Shown here: piece after piece, positions 1-9,400 of the stretch
How the letters are laid out: every line of letters begins with the position of its first letter
Numbering within the stretch: position 1 is the stretch's first letter
Source of the DNA: the human T2T-CHM13v2.0 reference genome, Homo sapiens
Reading direction: 5' to 3' (one strand)
DNA: 64,000 bases
Assembly (NCBI RefSeq): GCF_009914755.1
Contig: NC_060928.1
Position numbers and translations under genes: made by a program
Notes under the pieces: generated by a model
Database searches by the model: none
What the model was told of the DNA's origin: nothing
What the model saw: the letters and a program-made list of their open reading frames with translations, nothing else

Positions 1-251
1 GTTGAATATTCCCTTTTATAGAGTAGGTTTGAAACACTCTTTCGGCACTACCTGGAAGTGGATATTTCGAGCTCTTTGAGGCCTATGGTTAAAAGGAAAT
101 ATCTTCCCATAAAAACTAGACAGAAGCCGTCTCAGAAACTTGTTTGTGATGTGTGTATTCAACTACCAGAGTTGAACATTTCTGTTACAGAGCAATTTTA
201 AAACACTCTTTTTGTGGAATCTGAAAGTGGATAATTGGATAGCTTTGTGGA

Positions 252-268
252 TTTCGTTGGAAACGGGA
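252..268 (+). promoter_or_regulatory. CENP-B box, intact (M1); recurs every 3,232 bp
   Basis: TTTCGTTGGAAACGGGA matches the established core nTTCGnnnnAnnCGGGn. Confidence 0.95.
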
Positions 269-589
269 TGACGTATAAAATCTAGAGAGAAGCATTCTCA
301 GGAACTTCTTTCTGATGTTTGCATTCAAGTCACAGAATTGAACATTCCTTTTCATAGTGCAGGTTTGAAACACTCTTTCTGTAGTATCTGGAAGTGGACA
401 TTTCAAGCGCTTTCAGGCCTACGGGGAGAAAGGAAATATCTTCAAATAAAAACGAGACAGAAGGATTCTCAGAAACTTATTTGTGATGTGTGTCCTAAAC
501 GAACACAGTTGAACCTTTGTTTTGATACAGCATTTTGGAAACACTCCTTTTGTAGGATCTGCAGGTGGATATTTGGATAGATTTTAAGA

Positions 590-606
590 TTTCGTTGGAA
601 ACGGGA
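590..606 (+). promoter_or_regulatory. CENP-B box, intact (M3)
   Basis: TTTCGTTGGAAACGGGA, full core match. Confidence 0.95.
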
Positions 607-760
607 GTTTCTTCATAGAAACTCAAGACAGATGCATTCTCAGAAACATCTCTGTGATGTTTGCATTCCACTCATAGAGTTGAAAACTTCCTTTCATAGA
701 GCAGGTTTGAAACACTCTTTTTGTAATATTTGGAAGTGGACATTTGCAGCGCTTTGAGGC

Positions 761-777
761 CTATGGTGAAAAAGGAA
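761..777 (+). other. pJalpha / A-box (M4); the same motif is at 1273, 2122 and 2803, with variant A-boxes at 83, 419, 1611 and 2460
   Basis: CTATGGTGAAAAAGGAA occupies the same monomer position (~+126) as the CENP-B box in B-type monomers. Confidence 0.85.
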
Positions 778-931
778 ATATCTTCTCATAAAAACCAGAA
801 ACAAGCATTCTCAGAAACTTCTTTTTGATGTGTGTACTCAAGTAACAGAGTTGAACCTTCCTTTTGACACAGCAGTTTTGAAACAATCTTTTTGTAGAAT
901 CTGCAAGTGGATATTTGGATAGCTTTGAGGA

Positions 932-948
932 TTTCGTTGGAAACGGGA
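932..948 (+). promoter_or_regulatory. CENP-B box, intact (M5)
   Basis: TTTCGTTGGAAACGGGA, full core match. Confidence 0.95.
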
Positions 949-1101
949 TATCTTCATATAAAATCTAGACAGAAGCATTCTCAGAAACTTCTTTGTGCTG
1001 TATGTCCTCAATTAACAGAGTTGAACCATTGCTTGGATACAGCATTTTGGAAACATTCCTTGAGTAGAATCTGCAAGTTGATATTTAGATAGATTTGAAG
1101 A

Positions 1102-1118
1102 TTTCGTTGGAAAAGGGA
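1102..1118 (+). other. Degenerate CENP-B box (M6)
   Basis: TTTCGTTGGAAAAGGGA: the core CGGG is changed to AGGG. Confidence 0.9.
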
Positions 1119-1443
1119 ATATCTCCATAGAAAATCTAGAGGGAAGCATTCTCAGAAACTGCTTTGTGATGTTTCCATTCAAGTCACAGAGTTGAATATT
1201 CCCTTTTATAGAGCACGTTTGAAACACTCTTTCTGCACTATCTGGAAGTGGACATTTCGAGCGCTTTGAGGCCTATGGTGAAAAAGGAAATATCTTCCCA
1301 TAAAAACTAGACAGAAGCATTCTCAGAAACTTGTTTGTGATGTGTGTATTCAACTAACAGAGTTGAACTTTTGTTTTTACAGAGCCGTTTTAAAACACTC
1401 TTTTTGTGGAATCAGAAAGTGGATATTCGGATGGCTCTGAGGA

Positions 1444-1460
1444 TTTCGTTGGAAGCGGGA
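1444..1460 (+). promoter_or_regulatory. CENP-B box, intact (M8)
   Basis: TTTCGTTGGAAGCGGGA, core intact. Confidence 0.95.
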
Positions 1461-1670
1461 TTACATATAAAATCTAGAGAGAAGCATTCTCAGGAACTTC
1501 TTTGTGATGTTTGCATTGAAGTCACAGAATTGAACATTCACTTTGATAGAGCAGGTTTGAAACACTCATTCTGTAGTATCTGGAAGTGGACATTTCAAGC
1601 GCTTTCAGGCCTATGGTGAGAAAGGAAATATCTTCGAATAAAAACTAGACAGAAGCATCCTCAGAAACTT

Positions 1671-1729
1671 CTTTGTGTTGTGTGTACTCATGTAACAGTG
1701 TTGAACCATCCTTTTGACAGAGCAGTTTT
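1671..1729 (+). other. M13-type sequence patch inside monomer M10 of HOR copy 1 (conversion-like tract)
   Basis: There are 14 differences from M10 of the other copies (e.g. 17831-17889), and every one matches M13 at 2182-2240. Confidence 0.92.
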
Positions 1730-1781
1730 GAAACACTCTTTTTGTAGAATCTGCAGGTGGATATTTGGATAGCTTAGAGGG

Positions 1782-1798
1782 ATTCGTTGGAAAGGGGA
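1782..1798 (+). other. Degenerate CENP-B box (M10)
   Basis: ATTCGTTGGAAAGGGGA: the core CGGG is changed to GGGG. Confidence 0.9.
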
Positions 1799-1951
1799 TA
1801 TCTTCATATAAAATCTAGACAGAAGCATTCTCAGAAACTTATTTGTGATGTGTGTCCTCAACTAACAGAGTTGAACCTTGGTTTTGATACAGCATTTTGG
1901 AAACACTCCTTTTGTAGAATCTGCAGGTGGATATGTGGATAGCTCTGAAGA

Positions 1952-1968
1952 TTTCGTTGGAAACGGGA
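1952..1968 (+). promoter_or_regulatory. CENP-B box, intact (M11)
   Basis: TTTCGTTGGAAACGGGA, full core match. Confidence 0.95.
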
Positions 1969-2292
1969 ATTTCTTCATATAAAATCAAACAGAAGCATTC
2001 TCAGAAACTTCTCAGTGATGTTTGCATTCAGCTCATGGAGTTGAACACTTCCTTTCATAGAGCCGGTTTGAAACACTCTTTCTGCACTACCTGGAAGAGG
2101 ACATTTCGAGCGCTTTGAGTCCTATGGTGAAAAAGGAAATATCTTCTCATAAAAACCAGAAAGAAGCATTCTCAGAAACTTCTTTGTGTTGTGTGTACTC
2201 ATGTAACAGTGTTGAACCATCCTTTTGACAGAGCAGTTTTGAAACACTCTTTTTGTAGAATCTGCAAGTGGATATTTGGATAGCTTTGAGGA

Positions 2293-2309
2293 TTTCGTTG
2301 GAAACGGGA
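2293..2309 (+). promoter_or_regulatory. CENP-B box, intact (M13)
   Basis: TTTCGTTGGAAACGGGA, full core match. Confidence 0.95.
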
Positions 2310-2630
2310 TGACATATAATATCTAGAGAGAAGCATTCTCAGGAACTTCTTTGTGATGTTTGCATTCAAGTCACAGAATTGAACATTCCCTTTCATAGAG
2401 CAGGTTTGAAACACTCTTTCTCTAGTATCTGGAAGTGGGCATTTCAAGCGCTTTCAGGCCTATGGAGAGAAAGGAAATACCTTCAAATAAAAACTAGACA
2501 GAAGCATTCTCAGAAACTTATTTGTGATGTGTGTCCTCAACTAACAGAGTTGAACCTTTGTTTTGATACAGCATTTTGGAAACACTCCTTTTGTAGAATC
2601 TGCAGGTGGATATTTGGATAACTTTGAAGA

Positions 2631-2647
2631 TTTCGTTGGAAACCGGA
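2631..2647 (+). other. Degenerate CENP-B box (M15)
   Basis: TTTCGTTGGAAACCGGA: the core CGGG is changed to CCGG, which creates an MspI site. Confidence 0.88.
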
Positions 2648-2973
2648 ATATCTTCATATAAAATCAAGACAGAAGCATTCTCGGAAACATCTCTGTGATG
2701 TTTGCATTCAACTCAGTAGAGTTGAACACTTCCTTTCATAGAGCCGGTTTGAAACACTCTTTCTGCACTACCTGGAAGCGGACATTTCGAGCGCTTTGAG
2801 GCCTATGGTGAAAAAGGAAATATCTTCTCATAAAAACCAGAAAGAAGCATTCTCAGAAACTTCTTTGTGTTGTGTGTACTCAAGTAACAGTGTTGAACCT
2901 TCCTTTTGACACAGCAGTTTTGAAACACTCTTTTGGTAGAATCTGCAAGTGGATATTTGGATAGCTTTGAGGA

Positions 2974-2990
2974 TTTCGTTGGAAACGGGT
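2974..2990 (+). promoter_or_regulatory. CENP-B box, core intact (M17)
   Basis: TTTCGTTGGAAACGGGT: only the last, non-core base differs. Confidence 0.9.
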
Positions 2991-3143
2991 TATCTTCATA
3001 TAAAATCCAGACAGGAGCATTCTCAGAAACTTCTTTGTGCTGCATGTCCTCAATTCACAGAGCTGAACCTTTGTTTGGATACAGCATTTTGGAAACATTC
3101 CTTTAGTAGAATCTGCAAGTTGATATTTAGATAGCTTTGAAGA

Positions 3144-3160
3144 TTTCGTTGGAAACGGGA
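3144..3160 (+). promoter_or_regulatory. CENP-B box, intact (M18)
   Basis: TTTCGTTGGAAACGGGA, full core match. Confidence 0.95.
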
Positions 3161-6100
3161 ATATCTTCATAGAAAATCTAGACGGAAGCATTCTCAGAAA
3201 CTGCTTTGTGATGTTTGCATTCAAGTCACAGAGTTGAATATTCCCTTTTATAGAGTAGGTTTGAAACACTCTTTCGGCACTACCTGGAAGTGGATATTTC
3301 GAGCTCTTTGAGGCCTATGGTTAAAAGGAAATATCTTCCCATAAAAACTAGACAGAAGCCGTCTCAGAAACTTGTTTGTGATGTGTGTATTCAACTACCA
3401 GAGTTGAACATTTCTGTTACAGAGCAATTTTAAAACACTCTTTTTGTGGAATCTGAAAGTGGATAATTGGATAGCTTTGTGGATTTCGTTGGAAACGGGA
3501 TGACGTATAAAATCTAGAGAGAAGCATTCTCAGGAACTTCTTTCTGATGTTTGCATTCAAGTCACAGAATTGAACATTCCTTTTCATAGTGCAGGTTTGA
3601 AACACTCTTTCTGTAGTATCTGGAAGTGGACATTTCAAGCGCTTTCAGGCCTACGGGGAGAAAGGAAATATCTTCAAATAAAAACTAGACAGAAGGATTC
3701 TCAGAAACTTATTTGTGATGTGTGTCCTAAACGAACACAGTTGAACCTTTGTTTTGATACAGCATTTTGGAAACACTCCTTTTGTAGGATCTGCAGGTGG
3801 ATATTTGGATAGATTTTAAGATTTCGTTGGAAACGGGAGTTTCTTCATAGAAACTCAAGACAGATGCATTCTCAGAAACATCTCTGTGATGTTTGCATTC
3901 CACTCATAGAGTTGAAAACTTCCTTTCATAGAGCAGGTTTGAAACACTCTTTTTGTAATATTTGGAAGTGGACATTTGCAGCGCTTTGAGGCCTATGGTG
4001 AAAAAGGAAATATCTTCTCATAAAAACCAGAAACAAGCATTCTCAGAAACTTCTTTTTGATGTGTGTACTCAAGTAACAGAGTTGAACCTTCCTTTTGAC
4101 ACAGCAGTTTTGAAACAATCTTTTTGTAGAATCTGCAAGTGGATATTTGGATAGCTTTGAGGATTTCGTTGGAAACGGGATATCTTCATATAAAATCTAG
4201 ACAGAAGCATTCTCAGAAACTTCTTTGTGCTGTATGTCCTCAATTAACAGAGTTGAACCATTGCTTGGATACAGCATTTTGGAAACATTCCTTGAGTAGA
4301 ATCTGCAAGTTGATATTTAGATAGATTTGAAGATTTCGTTGGAAAAGGGAATATCTCCATAGAAAATCTAGAGGGAAGCATTCTCAGAAACTGCTTTGTG
4401 ATGTTTCCATTCAAGTCACAGAGTTGAATATTCCCTTTTATAGAGCACGTTTGAAACACTCTTTCTGCACTATCTGGAAGTGGACATTTCGAGCGCTTTG
4501 AGGCCTATGGTGAAAAAGGAAATATCTTCCCATAAAAACTAGACAGAAGCATTCTCAGAAACTTGTTTGTGATGTGTGTATTCAACTAACAGAGTTGAAC
4601 TTTTGTTTTTACAGAGCCGTTTTAAAACACTCTTTTTGTGGAATCAGAAAGTGGATATTCGGATGGCTCTGAGGATTTCGTTGGAAGCGGGATTACATAT
4701 AAAATCTAGAGAGAAGCATTCTCAGGAACTTCTTTGTGATGTTTGCATTGAAGTCACAGAATTGAACATTCACTTTGATAGAGCAGGTTTGAAACACTCA
4801 TTCTGTAGTATCTGGAAGTGGACATTTCAAGCGCTTTCAGGCCTATGGTGAGAAAGGAAATATCTTCGAATAAAAACTAGACAGAAGCATCCTCAGAAAC
4901 TTATTTGTGATGTGTGTCCTCAACTAACAGAGTTGAAACTTTGTTTTGATACAGCATTTTGGAAACACTCTTTTTGTAGAATCTGCAGGTGGATATTTGG
5001 ATAGCTTAGAGGGATTCGTTGGAAAGGGGATATCTTCATATAAAATCTAGACAGAAGCATTCTCAGAAACTTATTTGTGATGTGTGTCCTCAACTAACAG
5101 AGTTGAACCTTGGTTTTGATACAGCATTTTGGAAACACTCCTTTTGTAGAATCTGCAGGTGGATATGTGGATAGCTCTGAAGATTTCGTTGGAAACGGGA
5201 ATTTCTTCATATAAAATCAAACAGAAGCATTCTCAGAAACTTCTCAGTGATGTTTGCATTCAGCTCATGGAGTTGAACACTTCCTTTCATAGAGCCGGTT
5301 TGAAACACTCTTTCTGCACTACCTGGAAGAGGACATTTCGAGCGCTTTGAGTCCTATGGTGAAAAAGGAAATATCTTCTCATAAAAACCAGAAAGAAGCA
5401 TTCTCAGAAACTTCTTTGTGTTGTGTGTACTCATGTAACAGTGTTGAACCATCCTTTTGACAGAGCAGTTTTGAAACACTCTTTTTGTAGAATCTGCAAG
5501 TGGATATTTGGATAGCTTTGAGGATTTCGTTGGAAACGGGATGACATATAATATCTAGAGAGAAGCATTCTCAGGAACTTCTTTGTGATGTTTGCATTCA
5601 AGTCACAGAATTGAACATTCCCTTTCATAGAGCAGGTTTGAAACACTCTTTCTCTAGTATCTGGAAGTGGGCATTTCAAGCGCTTTCAGGCCTATGGAGA
5701 GAAAGGAAATACCTTCAAATAAAAACTAGACAGAAGCATTCTCAGAAACTTATTTGTGATGTGTGTCCTCAACTAACAGAGTTGAACCTTTGTTTTGATA
5801 CAGCATTTTGGAAACACTCCTTTTGTAGAATCTGCAGGTGGATATTTGGATAACTTTGAAGATTTCGTTGGAAACCGGAATATCTTCATATAAAATCAAG
5901 ACAGAAGCATTCTCGGAAACATCTCTGTGATGTTTGCATTCAACTCAGTAGAGTTGAACACTTCCTTTCATAGAGCCGGTTTGAAACACTCTTTCTGCAC
6001 TACCTGGAAGCGGACATTTCGAGCGCTTTGAGGCCTATGGTGAAAAAGGAAATATCTTCTCATAAAAACCAGAAAGAAGCATTCTCAGAAACTTCTTTGT

Positions 6101-6464
6101 GTTGTGTGTACTCAAGTAACAGTGTTGAACCTTCCTTTTGACACAGCAGTTTTGAAACACTCTTTTGGTAGAATCTGCAAGTGGATATTTGGATAGCTTT
6201 GAGGATTTCGTTGGAAACGGGTTATCTTCATATAAAATCCAGACAGGAGCATTCTCAGAAACTTCTTTGTGCTGCATGTCCTCAATTCACAGAGCTGAAC
6301 CTTTGTTTGGATACAGCATTTTGGAAACATTCCTTTAGTAGAATCTGCAAGTTGATATTTAGATAGCTTTGAAGATTTCGTTGGAAACGGGAATATCTTC
6401 ATAGAAAATCTAGACGGAAGCATTCTCAGAAACTGCTTTGTGATGTTTGCATTCAAGTCACAGA

Positions 6465-9400
6465 GTTGAATATTCCCTTTTATAGAGTAGGTTTGAAACA
6501 CTCTTTCGGCACTACCTGGAAGTGGATATTTCGAGCTCTTTGAGGCCTATGGTTAAAAGGAAATATCTTCCCATAAAAACTAGACAGAAGCCGTCTCAGA
6601 AACTTGTTTGTGATGTGTGTATTCAACTACCAGAGTTGAACATTTCTGTTACAGAGCAATTTTAAAACACTCTTTTTGTGGAATCTGAAAGTGGATAATT
6701 GGATAGCTTTGTGGATTTCGTTGGAAACGGGATGACGTATAAAATCTAGAGAGAAGCATTCTCAGGAACTTCTTTCTGATGTTTGCATTCAAGTCACAGA
6801 ATTGAACATTCCTTTTCATAGTGCAGGTTTGAAACACTCTTTCTGTAGTATCTGGAAGTGGACATTTCAAGCGCTTTCAGGCCTACGGGGAGAAAGGAAA
6901 TATCTTCAAATAAAAACTAGACAGAAGGATTCTCAGAAACTTATTTGTGATGTGTGTCCTAAACGAACACAGTTGAACCTTTGTTTTGATACAGCATTTT
7001 GGAAACACTCCTTTTGTAGGATCTGCAGGTGGATATTTGGATAGATTTTAAGATTTCGTTGGAAACGGGAGTTTCTTCATAGAAACTCAAGACAGATGCA
7101 TTCTCAGAAACATCTCTGTGATGTTTGCATTCCACTCATAGAGTTGAAAACTTCCTTTCATAGAGCAGGTTTGAAACACTCTTTTTGTAATATTTGGAAG
7201 TGGACATTTGCAGCGCTTTGAGGCCTATGGTGAAAAAGGAAATATCTTCTCATAAAAACCAGAAACAAGCATTCTCAGAAACTTCTTTTTGATGTGTGTA
7301 CTCAAGTAACAGAGTTGAACCTTCCTTTTGACACAGCAGTTTTGAAACAATCTTTTTGTAGAATCTGCAAGTGGATATTTGGATAGCTTTGAGGATTTCG
7401 TTGGAAACGGGATATCTTCATATAAAATCTAGACAGAAGCATTCTCAGAAACTTCTTTGTGCTGTATGTCCTCAATTAACAGAGTTGAACCATTGCTTGG
7501 ATACAGCATTTTGGAAACATTCCTTGAGTAGAATCTGCAAGTTGATATTTAGATAGATTTGAAGATTTCGTTGGAAAAGGGAATATCTCCATAGAAAATC
7601 TAGAGGGAAGCATTCTCAGAAACTGCTTTGTGATGTTTCCATTCAAGTCACAGAGTTGAATATTCCCTTTTATAGAGCACGTTTGAAACACTCTTTCTGC
7701 ACTATCTGGAAGTGGACATTTCGAGCGCTTTGAGGCCTATGGTGAAAAAGGAAATATCTTCCCATAAAAACTAGACAGAAGCATTCTCAGAAACTTGTTT
7801 GTGATGTGTGTATTCAACTAACAGAGTTGAACTTTTGTTTTTACAGAGCCGTTTTAAAACACTCTTTTTGTGGAATCAGAAAGTGGATATTCGGATGGCT
7901 CTGAGGATTTCGTTGGAAGCGGGATTACATATAAAATCTAGAGAGAAGCATTCTCAGGAACTTCTTTGTGATGTTTGCATTGAAGTCACAGAATTGAACA
8001 TTCACTTTGATAGAGCAGGTTTGAAACACTCATTCTGTAGTATCTGGAAGTGGACATTTCAAGCGCTTTCAGGCCTATGGTGAGAAAGGAAATATCTTCG
8101 AATAAAAACTAGACAGAAGCATCCTCAGAAACTTATTTGTGATGTGTGTCCTCAACTAACAGAGTTGAAACTTTGTTTTGATACAGCATTTTGGAAACAC
8201 TCTTTTTGTAGAATCTGCAGGTGGATATTTGGATAGCTTAGAGGGATTCGTTGGAAAGGGGATATCTTCATATAAAATCTAGACAGAAGCATTCTCAGAA
8301 ACTTATTTGTGATGTGTGTCCTCAACTAACAGAGTTGAACCTTGGTTTTGATACAGCATTTTGGAAACGCTCCTTTTGTAGAATCTGCAGGTGGATATGT
8401 GGATAGCTCTGAAGATTTCGTTGGAAACGGGAATTTCTTCATATAAAATCAAACAGAAGCATTCTCAGAAACTTCTCAGTGATGTTTGCATTCAGCTCAT
8501 GGAGTTGAACACTTCCTTTCATAGAGCCGGTTTGAAACACTCTTTCTGCACTACCTGGAAGAGGACATTTCGAGCGCTTTGAGTCCTATGGTGAAAAAGG
8601 AAATATCTTCTCATAAAAACCAGAAAGAAGCATTCTCAGAAACTTCTTTGTGTTGTGTGTACTCATGTAACAGTGTTGAACCATCCTTTTGACAGAGCAG
8701 TTTTGAAACACTCTTTTTGTAGAATCTGCAAGTGGATATTTGGATAGCTTTGAGGATTTCGTTGGAAACGGGATGACATATAATATCTAGAGAGAAGCAT
8801 TCTCAGGAACTTCTTTGTGATGTTTGCATTCAAGTCACAGAATTGAACATTCCCTTTCATAGAGCAGGTTTGAAACACTCTTTCTCTAGTATCTGGAAGT
8901 GGGCATTTCAAGCGCTTTCAGGCCTATGGAGAGAAAGGAAATACCTTCAAATAAAAACTAGACAGAAGCATTCTCAGAAACTTATTTGTGATGTGTGTCC
9001 TCAACTAACAGAGTTGAACCTTTGTTTTGATACAGCATTTTGGAAACACTCCTTTTGTAGAATCTGCAGGTGGATATTTGGATAGCTTTGAAGATTTCGT
9101 TGGAAACCGGAATATCTTCATATAAAATCAAGACAGAAGCATTCTCGGAAACATCTCTGTGATGTTTGCATTCAACTCAGTAGAGTTGAACACTTCCTTT
9201 CATAGAGCCGGTTTGAAACACTCTTTCTGCACTACCTGGAAGCGGACATTTCGAGCGCTTTGAGGCCTATGGTGAAAAAGGAAATATCTTCTCATAAAAA
9301 CCAGAAAGAAGCATTCTCAGAAACTTCTTTGTGTTGTGTGTACTCAAGTAACAGTGTTGAACCTTCCTTTTGACACAGCAGTTTTGAAACACTCTTTTGG

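Larger units (their letters stand above)
127..3358 (+). repeat. One complete 19-monomer HOR in monomer phase (my numbering M1-M19)
   Basis: Monomer starts at 127, 293, 464, 635, 806, 976, 1147, 1318, 1485, 1656, 1826, 1996, 2167, 2334, 2505, 2676, 2848, 3018 and 3189; the next M1 is at 3359. Lengths of 166-172 bp sum to 3,232. Box order is B A B A B B A B A B B A B A B A B B A (11 B-type, 8 A-type). Confidence 0.93.

Noticed and set aside
956-963. TATA-like (TATAAAA) and AATAAA-like motifs near monomer ends
   Set aside because: These are ordinary AT-rich parts of the alphoid consensus. Alpha-satellite transcription is known, but the sequence alone cannot identify promoters or polyadenylation sites here.
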